In this document: positions 13,620 through 26,575 of the stretch, piece after piece
Layout of the letters: every line of letters starts with the position of its first letter
How positions within the stretch are numbered: position 1 is the first letter of the stretch
Origin: Basidiobolus meristosporus CBS 931.73
Taxonomy: Eukaryota > Fungi > Basidiobolomycota
Length of the DNA stretch: 64,000 bases
Assembly: GCA_002104905.1 (NCBI GenBank)
Contig: MCFE01000121.1
Location: 62,001-126,000 of the forward strand
Reading direction: 5' to 3'
Translations under genes and position numbers: made by a program
The notes under the pieces: generated by a model
Databases searched by the model: none
Told to the model about the DNA's origin: nothing
What the model saw: only the letters and a program-made list of their open reading frames with translations

Positions 13620-16600
13620 TGTTACAAGTCTTGATATAAGAGTTGTAGAGGAACAGGGAGTTTAGCTAGTATTGTATTCACTAAAACTTGAACTGATCTT
13701 TATTGAGGTTCCAGTAGCTCCTTATATGCATTTTGCCCAATTAGTTGCTGATTAATTGTATTTCCTAATGTAGGCTGTGGCTGATGACTCATTTGATTGC
13801 ATCATCTTCACCCAATAAGATCCTACTTGATATCTATTTCTGACTGATAAGGATCTGCTGGTTTATTTGCTTACTGATACTACTAATTTGATAGATAATA
13901 CTGATATTCTGATGAGCTAAACATATAGCTTGATTTGACTAAAAACTGATCTAACTTAAACATTCAAGCGGCAGATCATAAAATTCTCCACTGCTTATGT
14001 TGAGAGAGTTCTCCTGAATCTCTTTTCTTGTGATACCAATATCTTGATGGTTCAATATTGTCAGCATGTCTTGCAAGCTTGAGTCTATCCCTATGCACAA
14101 AGTCTTCCTGGATATTGCCCTGTTTGTCCACTAGTTGGTAAGTTGCAAATGGACATTCTATGATGATCTTGAATGGTCCTGTCCATTGTGTCACAAGCTT
14201 CTTCCAAGTGTTGTTACTTAGCACTATAAAGTTCCCAACTGTCAATGCCTCTGGTGATATAGTCTTATCAAATCTTTGCTTCATCTTTTCTGCACTTTGA
14301 GATACTTTGTTTTGTGCCTCTTAATGTCTTTGTTTTGGTGGCTGGTGTCTACTTGGCTCACTGAGCTCATCTTCTAAGGCACCCATAAGCTTTGGTTATG
14401 TGAGATCCCCTGCAATCCTTGGTTCACATCCATACACTTAGTAAAATGGCAATTGCCAGGTGGTGTTGTGTACTCTGACTCTGCATGCAAAGAGTGCTTG
14501 GTCTATATACTCATCCCATCTACTGACAACTCCATTTGCATACTTGGTCAGCATTTTTCCAAGTAATCCATTAAACCACTCAGTGACTCCATTAGTTCTG
14601 GGATAATATGCCAAGGTTTTCAAGTGATTGATCTGCTGCATTTCCAGGTAAGCTTCCAATGTCTTTGCCATAAAGTTTGCACCTCTATCAGATAGAATCT
14701 CTGCAGGGCATCCAAACTTCATAAGGATCTGATGGTATATGAAACTTGTAACTTCTTATTCACTGGCTATAGGTACAGCTTTAGCCACTGACCATTGAGT
14801 GGTATGGTCAATTGCTGCTAGGATCCAATGGTTGCATTTCCTGGTAGTTGGCAGTCTTCCAATAAAGCCAATTCCCCATCTTTCAAATGGTCTTACAGGC
14901 TCCAAGGGAAAAATGTTCAGCAATTCTCTGTGGTTGGCCTTGGTTAATTTGGCAATTTGGGCTTGTTTTCACCAGCTTCTCAATGTCATGTTTCATTCTG
15001 GGCCTCCATGCACTGGCTTTCACAAGGCTATAGGCTCCTTCAATTCCAAGATGTCAATATCTATTGTGTAGCTTATGTATTAAATCCAGGTGAGAAACAT
15101 AAGGGCAATAGGCAATAAGGCATCCATCAACAATTTGGTAGAGTGTGTCATCCTGTACTACAAATTTGCCAGCTTCATCCCGGATTATCTTCTTGATATC
15201 CTCATTCATCTCATCAGGAATGGCTTAGTCCTCCAAGTACTTTGGTAATAGGCTAGGCCAATCTGAATCATGCACCAAGTTGGGTTGCGCAACTTGATCT
15301 AATCATGATAAAGCATCAGCATTTGTGTTGTTATTTCCAGCGCAGTAGACAATCTCCAAGTCAAATAGCTGAATATTTTCACTCCATCTTGGGATTCTTC
15401 TAGAGAGTACCTTCTGAGTAAATATATACTTGAGGGAGGCATGATCAGTCTTCACAGTGCATTTGACTCCTTCAATATAGCATCTCCATGTCTTCAAACA
15501 GTGTATCATAGCAAGCATCTCCTTCTCATGCACTAGATAGTTTTGTTCTGCTGAGTTCAGTTTCTTGGACTCAAAGGCAACGGGATAGTCCTTTCCCTTG
15601 TGTTCTTGGCTCAACACTCCACCAATTACATAATCTGAAGCATCTGTGCACAGAGTAAACTTTTTTCTGAAGTCAGGTATTCTTAAGCTGCCAAGCTTAG
15701 CAAGTTCATTCTTGAGCATTTGGAAGGCAGTTTCACAAGCTATGTCCCACTTGTAGGTATTGTCTTTCTTTAGGATATCAGTTAAAGGGGCTGCAATACT
15801 TGCAAAGGACTTGACAAATCTCCAATAATAGGAAACCATTCCAAGGAATGATCTGAGCCCTGATATGCTAAGGGGCTGCTTCAGATTCTTGATAACTTCA
15901 GCCTTCTTAGGGTCTAAGGTTACTCCTGGGCTAGTCACTATGAGTCCCAGATATTCAACATGTTCCTTGAAAAATTCACACTTGGGTAGCTTGCCGTAAA
16001 TCTTGTTCTCTCTTAGATTCTTCAAGACCTTTTCAGTGTGGACCAAGTGATCCTCTTCTGTCTTGCTGTATATAAATATATCATCTAGGTAGATTATGAC
16101 AAACTTGTCTAAGTACTCCTGGAAGACAGTCTGCATCAGGGTCATGAATGTTGCAGGGGCATTGGTGAGGCCAAAACTTGTGACTAAGTACTTGTAATGT
16201 CCATATCTGGTCCTGAATGCTGTCTTAGGGATGTCTTCTGGCTTAACTCTAATCTGGTTGTATCCTGACATGAGGTCAATCTTGCTAAGAATAGTGGCTC
16301 CATTGAGTTGGTCCAAAAGCACATCAATCCAAGGTATGGGGTACTTATTCTTCACGGCAACTGAGTTGAGGGTACTGTAGTCAATGCACATCCTAAGTGC
16401 CCCATCCTTCTCCTTCACAAAAAGTACTGGTGCTTGCCAAGGTGACTTGCTGGGTCTGATATATCCTTGGTCCAGTAACTGATCTATTTGTCTCTTCATC
16501 TCTTCCAACTCCAATAGACTCATTCTGTAAGGTGTCTTACTCACTGGAGCACCATCTCATGTCTCAATGGCATGATCCATGTCTCTGACTGGTGGTAGGC

Positions 16601-16895
16601 TTACAAGCTCTTCTGGAAACACATCTGAATATTCCTTCAAAGGAGTTTGGCCCTTCTGGGGTACTGGAGTAGAGGAATACTCCTGTAATACTGCCATGAG
16701 GAACATCTGGGTGCCATTTCTTAGTGCTCTACAGAACTGTTTCTTGCTAAGCTCACTTGTTTCACACATACTGGAATTGACCAAGTTGAAATCTAGCCTG
16801 ACAGGTAATAGCTCATAGGTCTTGTTGTCCTTCTGGACCTGAGTTGCATGGGTTCTCCAGTTGATTGATGGATTACAACAAAATAGCCAGGTTTT

Positions 16896-19800
16896 TGTTG
16901 CAATTTAAGAAGTGATCTGGATATAAGGAACTTATCAAGAAATAGTGATAATAGTTGAACTATTGTTTATTCATAAAGAAGCTCAGTATTTATACCTTTG
17001 TGGAAGTAATACAGCTGCAACACTGGTAGGGAGGGTTTCTCAATATTCAGGAGCATTCTGTAACAGTTTCAGGGTTAGTACATAATGTTTGGTAATAGTG
17101 CTAATTTGATCCTGACTATAGGGGAATAATCATAAGATCATATATATGGAGAAAGTGGCAAAGTTAAGGCAGTAAATGAGTCCTACAGTGACTAAGACTA
17201 GCCTAGAATTGTTAAGTAAATTTTTAGCTGCTGAATGATACCAAATAGTCCAATATTTCAACACTCCCCCTCAACTAAATAATTTCTTAATCCCAATTTC
17301 TCTCTAAGGATCTCAAACTGTGGCCTAGCTAGTGGCTTTGTCAATATGTCTGCCACCATTTTGTCAGTTGGGCAGTAAACCAGCTCTACTAAGTTATTTT
17401 CTACAGCTTCCCTCACAAAGTGATGCTGTATATCAATGTGCTTAGTTCTGGCATGATTAGTAGGATTTCTAGCTAATGAAATACAACTTTGATTATCCTT
17501 GTAAATACATGTTGGTTCACCTGAATTAAAACCTAAGTCTTTGAATAATTTTTGTAGCCATATAGCCTCCTTAGTTGCTTGACATGCAGCCATATATTTG
17601 GCTTCAGTTGTAGATAGTGCCACAGTTGGTTGTTTCTTGCAATTCCAAGTAATAGCTGCACCAGCATAAAGAAATACATAGCCTGTGGTAGAGCGTCTGT
17701 CAATCAAATCCCTACCCCAATCTGAATCACTATAACCATCAAATTTTTGCCTATTAGCTGCTCCAGAGTATTCCAGTACCATATTTATGGTACCTTGTCG
17801 ATATCTGAAAATCCGCTTAACTGCTGCAATTTGATCTGATCCATAATTCTGCATGAATTGACTGACTATTCCAACTGCTACTGCAATATCTGGACATGTA
17901 GACACCATCAAGTACATTAGGCTACCGACCATTGATTGATAGGGAAAGTTTTGGTCCATATTTGAGCCGTTTTCATCTATAACTGGCAGAGATTTGCTTA
18001 ATTTCAGGTTATTGTCCATAGGGGTTGCTGCAGGTTTGCAATTTTCCATTTTGAAGCGTCTAAGAATGCCCCTGATGTACTTAGACTGATTCAGCACAAT
18101 TTTCTGCGTAGGTATGTCAAATTTGACCTCAATTCCAAGAAAATAGCTCAATTTTCCAAGATCTTTCATCTCAAACTTGCTGAAGAGATCTGATTTCGTC
18201 TGTTTAAGTGCCTCTTGATCACTTGTAGCTATAATTAGGTCGTCCGCATAAAGAACTAGGATGATCACACCCTTTTTGAGCTGTTTCACATATATACTGT
18301 GATCTGCAGTGCTACGAGAGAACCCAATTTCCTCTAGATATGTGTCAATCTTGTTATACCATGCTCTGGGTGCCTGCTTAAGCCCATACAACAATTTTCT
18401 AAGTTGCACACCTTATGGGGGCTTTTTGGATCGGTAAAACCTTCTGGTTGCTCCATATATATAGTTTCTTGCAAATCCCCATTTAGAAAGGCTGTTTTGA
18501 CGTCCATTTGGTGTAGATCTAGACTGTGTACAGCTGCCAGGGCTAGAACTGTCCTAATAGAGTTAAACTTGGCAACCGGAGCAAATGTTTCCTTAAAGTC
18601 TAGTCCCTGGATCTGGGAATAGCCTTTAGCTACCAATCTAGCCTTGTACTTATCAACAGCACCATTTGAGGTTATCTTGATCTTGCAGACCCATCTACAT
18701 CCTATTGGCTTTCACCCATTTGGTAAATCTACCAATTCCCACGTTTTTGCCTTGATCAGTGATTGGTACTCCTCCTGCATGGCTTGTTGCCACTTAGTAG
18801 CATCTGGACCTTGCATTGCCTGTTCCAGATTCTGAGGTTTGGCACATAAGGCAAGATAAGCTTCTTCATGATCATTGGATGTCTGCCACCAGGATCCAGG
18901 GGCATTTCTTATTCTGGTAGATCTCCTAACTGGGATAATCTGTTCTGATCTGGAACTGGTAGAAGTATCTTCCATCTCTGGCTGGATTTGGTACGTATCT
19001 TCTTCATTTGTGTTGATTGCATCATCAGGCAGCTGGCCAATGATTTATGTGGCTTTCTGATCTGAATTCTCCTCAAATACAATGTCCCTGCTCTTGATCA
19101 GCTTCTGAATTTTGCCATCATACACTCTATACCCTTTAGTATCTTCACAATACCCAAGAAAGATCCCTTTTCTACTCTTTGGTTCCAACTTTGAGCATTT
19201 TTTGTCAGGGATGTGATAAAAACATCACTGCCAAAGATCCTGAGGTGCTGGAGATCTGGTTTTTTGCCTGTATATGCTTCAAAGGGTGTAGAATCACGTA
19301 GTGCTGTTGTTGGGCATCTGTTCTTGATGTATACAGCGGTAGCAACAGATTCAGCCCAAAACGTGTAGTCCACTCCCTTATCATGTAGCATAGATCTTCC
19401 CATCTCTACTATTGTTCATTTGCACGTTCTGCTACTCCATTTTGCTGTGGAGTATGAGGAACTGTGGTCTGTTGAAGTATACCAGTAGACAAGCAGTATT
19501 TTGCAAACTCCTTTGAGCAGTATTCTCCTCCATTGTCACTTTGTAGTACCTTCAATTTACACCCAGTTTGTGTTTCTGCCATGTTCTTGAAGTGCTTAAA
19601 TGTCTCTAAAGCTTCATCCTTTGTTTTGAGGAAGTACACCCATGTTTATCTTGTCTTGTCATCAATAAACGTCATAAAGTATCTCTTGGCTCCAAAGGAC
19701 AGTGTTCTCATGGGGCCACATATGTCTGAGTGTACAATAGCCAATATTTCGGTGGTATTGATGCCTTCTGAGCTCTTGAAACGTTGCCTAGCTTGTTTGC

Positions 19801-21577
19801 CATATGAACATCCCTTACAAACATTCAATTTGATCGGAATTGAGTATTTTAGGCCCAAAACAAGCTGATTTTTCACCAATTGGCTCATTTTCTGTTCCCC
19901 TATGTGTCCTAGCCTCCTATGCCACGTCTCCCAGTTGGTTTCATCAGTTTCAGCAATGTTGACATACTCAGGTACAATGATCTTGCATTGTAACTTGTAT
20001 ATATTGTGATCTCTGATTCCCGAAGCTAATTTTTGTCCATTTTCACTCAATATTGAGCAGCTCAGCTTAGTAAAAACAAATTTCAGTCCCTGAGTAGTTG
20101 CTTTACTGACTGAGAGTAGGTTCTTAGCTATGCCAGGTACATAGAGTACGTCAGTCAGTTTTGCTATTGTTGCCCCTGAGTTATCACTCATATTTAGTTG
20201 TACAGACCCACTGGCGGTAGCTTCCAATGCAGAGTTATCTCCCAGATAAACCTTTCTTACGGGAATAGTCTTTAAGTTGCTGAACCAATCCTTTATACCA
20301 CAAATGTGCTGTGATGCTCCAGAGTCAATATACCATTCATTACTTCGGTTACTTGCACTCTCTTGTACAGTGACAAATAGCTGTTCATCAGTAGTTATAT
20401 GGTTTGCCTGCTCTAGTTTCTGTTTTTTGACTGCTTGTTTCTTCTTGCATTCTCTTGCCCAGTGTCCTGGCTTCTTACAATAGTTACAGCAGCCAGGTTT
20501 TCTTTGGTTTTGTTGCTTTCCCTTCTTTTCTGTATGTCTTTCTGAACTGAATAAAGCATTATCTTCAATTTTCTCTGCTTGATCATTACGTCTGAGTTCT
20601 TCATGGAGAAGTCTTCCTTTGACATAGTCTAAAGTCAAGTTATCTTCTCTGCTTTCAAAAGAAAGTATGAGTGGCTCATACTCGTCTGGTAGGCTGCAAA
20701 GCAGACAGAGTATCTTTTCTTCATCATCTACACCAGCATTAATACTGTAAAGTTCTTCTGCAAGTGTCTCCATTCTGGTAATGAGTTGTAGCATGTCATC
20801 ATCTGGCTTTTTTCTCATGTTGAAGAACTTTTGTTTCAAATAAAGCTTGCTTGATACTGACTTTGCTCTAAAGATCTTCTCTAAGGATTCCCATGCTGCT
20901 TCGGCAGTATTTGAGGCATGGATTTGTCCAATGAAGGAGTCTTGCACATTGATGCATATTGCATTGAAGGCCTTTCTCTCCTTCTCTTGAAACTTCTCCA
21001 CATCTTCTGCTGTTCCTTTGGGCTCAACTTTCTTTCCTGTTACTATGTTCCAAAGCTTTCTTTCCTCAAGGTGGATCTGCATCTTGATTCTCCAAAGTCT
21101 GTAGTTCTTCCCATCAAACCTCTCCTTTACAGGGAAGATGTTGGTATTGCTTTGTTTGCTGGTAGAAGTCATCTTTAGAATAGATTAAGGCAATTGGGGC
21201 TCATAACCTGTTGCAATTTAAGAAGTGATCTGGATATAAGGAACTTATCAAGAAATAGTGATAATAGTTGAACTATTGTTTATTCATAAAGAAGCTCAGT
21301 ATTTATACCTTTGTGGAAGTAATACAGCTGCAACACTAAGTAGGGAGGGTTTCTCAATATTCAGGAGCATTCTGTAACAGTTTCAGGGTTAGTACATAAT
21401 GTTTGGTAATAGTGCTAATTTGATCCTGACTATAGGGGAATAATCATAAGATCATATATCTGGAGAAAGTGGCAAAGTTAAGGCAGTAAATGAGTCCTAC
21501 AGTGACTAAGACTAGCCTAGAATTGTTAAATAAATTTTTAGCTGCTGAATGATACCAAATAGTCCAATATTTCAACA
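16896..21577 (-). mobile_element. Full-length Ty1/copia family A retrotransposon, young
   Basis: LTRs 16896-17263 and 21209-21577 with about 4 differences. 5-bp TSD GTTTT (16891-16895, 21578-21582). PBS GGTTATGAGCCC (21197-21208). PPT AGTTGAGGGGGAG. Confidence 0.97.
17258..21172 (-). pseudogene. Copia A gag-PR-IN-RT-RNaseH polyprotein with nonsense and 1-bp deletion lesions
   Basis: Copia domain order: gag FDGKNYRLWRIKM, knuckle CNYCKKPGHWAREC, PR WYIDSGASQH, GAG-pre-integrase [68 protein letters not shown]. Confidence 0.95.
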
Positions 21578-23249
21578 GTTTTCCCAAGTACAAGGTCAAA
21601 CTTGCAGTTCCAAAATATATAGGCCTGTAGCTTTTCTTCATAGTCATTGATCTTCATCCTTACTGGCTGAGTAAAACATTTGATTATGAGAGAGTTCCCA
21701 TCAGCTGTTGAGACTGAAGTTGATTTGGTGGGTTCCAAGTTGATTCCAGCTTTCAAAGCAAATTGCTCTGACATGTACTCATGTGATGCTCCTGAGTCAA
21801 TCATGATCTTGGCAGGTACTCCATTGATTACTCCATTCAAGTATAATAGCTTTCCTGAGTTTGAGATCTTCTGAGATAGGTATTCTTCTGTCATATGGAA
21901 GGTGAGTTCTGAGTCTTCTTCAAGTTCATCACCATGTTACTATGCTCCATGGCCTCAATATGGTTAAAGGTTGTTGATGGCTGGTGTCCATTTGTTCTCT
22001 GAGGGCAGTACTTTGCAATATGTCCCTGCTGGTGGCAATTGAAGCAAAGTCCTTTCTTCTTACATTCTTCTGAGGTAGGATTCTTCTGAATAGTGTCTAT
22101 TTCCATTGGTACTGCTTCTGATTGTCTTCTTTCATAGTGATTGTAGCCTCTCTGATAAGTCACTGTGGGCTTCCCAACTCCAGACATAGCTGAGTCATAG
22201 TCAATGGCAATCTTGACGGCTTCTTCAATAATGTGAGGTCTTTGATAATTCACTTCCTTACAAGTTCTTTCTTTCAACCCATCAATAAAGTATTTGGCTT
22301 GATCCAGTGGGTCCATTCTTTCAGTTTGCCCAAGTAGACATCTATATTCATAGATGTACTCTTGGACCATTCCTTTCTGTCTGAGTGTCTTCAACTTTCT
22401 TCTTAGTAGTATCTATTGGTGTGGGGGCTCAAAGGCTTCCTGTATTTCCAATACAAACTCATCACAGGTAGAGATGGTAGAGCATCCCATCATGGTGACT
22501 GACCTGATCTTGTTGTGGTACCATTGTAAAGCTGCGTCTGCCAGGTAAAAGGCTGCATAATGTAACTTGCTTTCTGGAGCAATTCCCTTAGCCTTGAAAG
22601 CTTCTTCAATCTGGAAGAACCAAGTTCCCATGCTTTCATTGACTCTACCATGTTACAGGTTGACCATCACACTAAAGTAGCTCTTGACAGGGTTTTGCTG
22701 GCTATGGGCCATGGTAGTCATTCCTTGTTGCTGCTAGCTAAGGGTCTGGAGTAACTGTTGCTGCTGGGCCTGGATTTGTTGCATAGCATTCTTCCATCCT
22801 TGATTTTCCAACATCTTGAGGGAGGCTTCTTCTTTCTTCAGGAGCAATGTTTCTTGTTATTGCTGCTACCAATGTTACAAGTCTTGGTATAAGAGTTGTA
22901 GAGGAATAGGGAGTTTAGCTAGTATTGTATTCACTAAAACTTGAACTGATCTTTATTGAGGTTACAGCAGCTCCTTATATTCATTTTGCCAGATTAGTTG
23001 CTGACTAATTGTATTTCCTAATATAGGCCATGGCTGATGACTCATATGATTGCATCATCATCACCCAATAATATCCTACTTAATATATATATTTCTGTCT
23101 GATAAGGATTTTCTGATTTATTTGCTGACTAACGCTACCAATTTGATAGATAATACTGATGTACTAATATACTGATAACCTAAACATATAGCTAATTGAT
23201 TTGACTAAAAACTGATCTAACTTAAGCATTCAAGCGGCAGATCATAACA

Positions 23250-24125
23250 CTTTGACCAGCTTCATGTATTTGCTAACCAAGATAACCCATGTTTGGTCTG
23301 TAAGTTTAAGAAGTCTCTATATTGACTCAAGCAATCCCCTAGAGCATGGAATTACAAAATAGATTCTTATTTAGAATTTTTGAGCTTCACATAGGTAATG
23401 CTGACTATAGTATATACTGTTAGCCAGATATGGCAAGTCCAGCTCTATAAGCTCTTTATATGGACATTCCTATTATAGCTGCTAATAACCTAGAAATATT
23501 GGAAATGACCAAATTGGACCTATCTAATGAGCTCAAGATGTCCAATCTAGGAGAACTTAGTTATGCTCAGGGATAAAGTCTCCATAGGCAGAAATACCCA
23601 TACTATCACCCTAAGTCAATTCAAGTATATTCAAGAAATACTAAAGATGTATCAAATGGAAGACTGTAAACTGGCAGCTACCCCAATGGAGACAAACCTT
23701 AACTTGGGCAAAACTTGACCAAATCAAGAGGGCTTGGTGCCATCTGAAAACCCTGACTTTCCTTATCAATCTATGGTTGGCAGTCTGATGTAAATCATGC
23801 TTGTAACATGTCCAGATATCTCACATTCAGTGGGAGTTGTCAGCCAGCACAATCAGAACAATGGATCTGATCATGTTGAAGCAGTTAAGCAGATTTTAAG
23901 ATATATAAAGGGAACAGCTATTATCTGCTGGTGGTACATCTATAATGATTCAGAACAGGATCTTGTGGGATACTCTGATGCTGATTGGGGAAATATTTTA
24001 AGGACAAGGTACCCCCACAGCTTACACCTTTTGTTACTGTGAAGGAGCATTTTCATAGAATTCAACAGAGCAACCTACTGTAGCACTCTCTACCACATAG
24101 GCAGAGTATATGGCAACCTTTCAAG
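23250..24125 (+). pseudogene. Copia family B RT/RNase H fragment
   Basis: CPDISHSVGVVSQ and LVGYSDADWG; collinear with 43290-44120. Confidence 0.85.
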
Positions 24126-25060
24126 TGTGGTCATAGAAAGTATTCCATTACTGCAATTTCTCAACAAATATTGCATTCATTTCTTGATCTTGCCTTTGGC
24201 TATTTTAACACACAAATGAAAGATCATGATTTTCTAGCTTTGAAGAGTAACAACTCAAGACCCTGACAAGAAATCCACCCAAGAGTATTATGTCATACAG
24301 AGCACTTAGTTACCAACACATGTTTCAAATGACAGCTCATTTGAAGCAGTATTTTAGGATTTATGATTAAAGGAGTCTAATAGCCACATATACCAGGCCT
24401 TCATTGCTGGGATTACAATGGTGACTTTAATTACATGTAACTCTTGAACCAGCCAATTAGTTTGCATGAAGTTCTAGCAGGTGCTGCACCTATGTGCAAT
24501 CTGCCCCACTGCAGAACTTAGCTTTGTTTCTTGTGTGTTGCTTGCACATTTGCCCAAAAAATTTAATCCTTCATAATTCTCACAAAAATGACTTCCCCAG
24601 TTGATGGCACAAAAGGAAGCCTCTCTTTCCAAAATCTCTGCACTACAGTTACAGGTTTAAGGCTGATGAGACTTCCCTTGCATCACTTGAGCTATTGATT
24701 ATTCTGACTTCACTTGGTACTATATCAATAAAGAGACTGCAAAGCTTGCAAGAGTCCAAGCTAAGCTCAACAACAAAACTACCACATTTCTGTTAGAGAA
24801 GTCCCTTCTAAAAAGCCCTTTTACTCTGAAGACACCCCTTGAGAGACCACTGCAAAAAGCCCCTTTACTCTAATGACAACAGTTTAGACACCACATTGAG
24901 TCTAAAGACCCCTTTTATAGCTCCTACACCACACTTCTTAAAGTTAATGGGGATTTCAAGATTTCCATATTAGGAAATATACCCCAGAAATGAGAGGATT
25001 TCAATATTAGGAAGAGCTACTATCATAGTAAATATAGCCTAAAAGTCAACTGAAGGTCTT
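24126..25060. mobile_element. Second, diverged and inverted copy of LTR-like family E; right end uncertain
   Basis: TGTGGTCATAGAAAGTATTCCATTAC matches the reverse complement of ~6968-6995. Carries a degenerate C-rich version of the 73-bp repeats. Confidence 0.78.
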
Positions 25061-25516
25061 TTGGCTTAGTTTTTGTCTCAATAAAATCAAGATTGTCTCA
25101 GCATAATTAAGAATTCAACAACTCCATTCTGGTTTCTACCTAAGCCTATTATATCTAGCATTCCCAAAAGCACCAAGCCTAGCCTGCATGGCAAATCAAT
25201 GCTGTTGCATTTATAGTCAAACCCAGCAATATTCTAGTCCATCATAGACCAGAATCTCTCTGATAATATTTATACCACTCTCTGACAAATTAAGATTCTG
25301 CACTTAGTTGTCCCTTGGACTCATTTAAACCAGTAAAGAGCATATTATACTTTCTCTGGGATACAATGTTGTCACAGGAGAAGGATGCCCTCCTAAAAAT
25401 GTGAGAGAGGAAGCCTTGAAGTACCAGAATAAGGTACAATGTGCCTTTTACTGCATTTGCCTGAAACTCAAAGCTAAATTGCTAGTTCAATGCTCAAGTG
25501 CAAGACCTCTAAGAAT

Positions 25517-25697
25517 AGACTTGTTCCATTGTGCCATTGATCATAGTGCCAGAAAGTGTTGTATATTTTGTTATTAATTTGTTATTTTAGGGTCATATGC
25601 ATATCAATTTTGATCCCAAATTGGCACGGTATGGCACCATCTGGCATGCTATGGTACTACTGGGCACTATGATCAGCTGGAATGATGGAACAAGTCC
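25517..25697. mobile_element. 181-bp MITE with ~35-bp imperfect TIRs and 3-bp TSD
   Basis: GACTTGTTCCAT...TGATCATAGTGCCAG (25518-25552) is inverted relative to CTGGGCACTATGATCA...ATGGAACAAGTC (25660-25696). AAT at 25514-25516 and 25698-25700. Excision restores copia B gag (compare ~40800-40850). Confidence 0.8.
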
Positions 25698-25886
25698 AAT
25701 GCCTGTAAGTTAATAAAAGATACATACCAGTCATATTCAGCTGTTAAGAAAATGAATCTTAGACAAAAATGCTTCAATACAAAGATGCAGGCAGGGAAAG
25801 TAGTTAAAAATCTAATTAACAGAATTACACTGCTGGTGGACGGAATAAAATATATGGGCATACCAGCTACTGATGAGCATGTGATA

Positions 25887-26575
25887 GTTGTAGCAAGGGT
25901 CTTGAAGATATTTCTAGTGATTTGGAAGGGCAGTAGATTCTGTGGTTTTCATGCAATGATTTATTGAATGTAAAAGTAGTGTTTATGCTTTTACCTGGTC
26001 TTGGCATTACAAACATGTAGAATAGGTTAAGGAAGGTCCCAAGAGCATGTGCGCAAAGTTTGGGGCTGCTTAGACAACATTGAGAGTTTTGATGCTCTGG
26101 GCACCTGGTATTTTGGTAAGAATATCCCAAGTAAATCCCAACCAGGAATTTAGTCAGTATTCTCTAGGATTTGAAGGTAATGATTTAAGAGCTAAGCTAG
26201 GAGAATATTTAGGTAGAATTAAGAATTTTTGCAAACTCCTACTCAGCCAAATGTTCATACTGACTGGTCCAAATTTTGACCTAAGATATTCAAACTTGTC
26301 TCTAGCTAATGGTTTGGTAAACATAGCTGCAATCATTACATCTGAAGGGTGGTAAACTAAGCTAACTAAGCTATTCCCTATAGCTTCACATATGAAATGA
26401 TGTCTAATATCTTTGTGCTTAGTTATAGCATGAGAAGTTGGATTTCTATCTGATTGCATATATCCTTGAGTGTCTTGAGATAAAGTAATAGGCATTTTTT
26501 GACATTGGCCTTAATCTGTAAAAAGCTTTCTTGACCGCATTGCTTCTTTTGTAGCTTCACAGGCGGCCATATACC
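25887..26575 (-). mobile_element. Inverted copia B 3' end (RNase H plus 3' LTR ~25887-26238) inside copia B gag
   Basis: Reverse complement of the 44436-45139-type LTR. ORF 26154-26495 reads HKDIRHHFICEA/KPLARDKFEYLR. Plus-strand gag resumes at ~26580. Confidence 0.8.

Larger units (their letters stand above)
13620..23249 (-). mobile_element. Third gypsy A copy, interrupted in its protease region by copia A; LTRs 13620-13983 and 22873-23249
   Basis: Complete but degenerate gag (21891-22631), PR (21538-21894), RT/RH (15303-16544) and IN (13976-14722). Intact PBS TGGTAGCAG (22863-22871). LTRs clearly more diverged than in the 4381 copy; no TSD. Confidence 0.92.
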
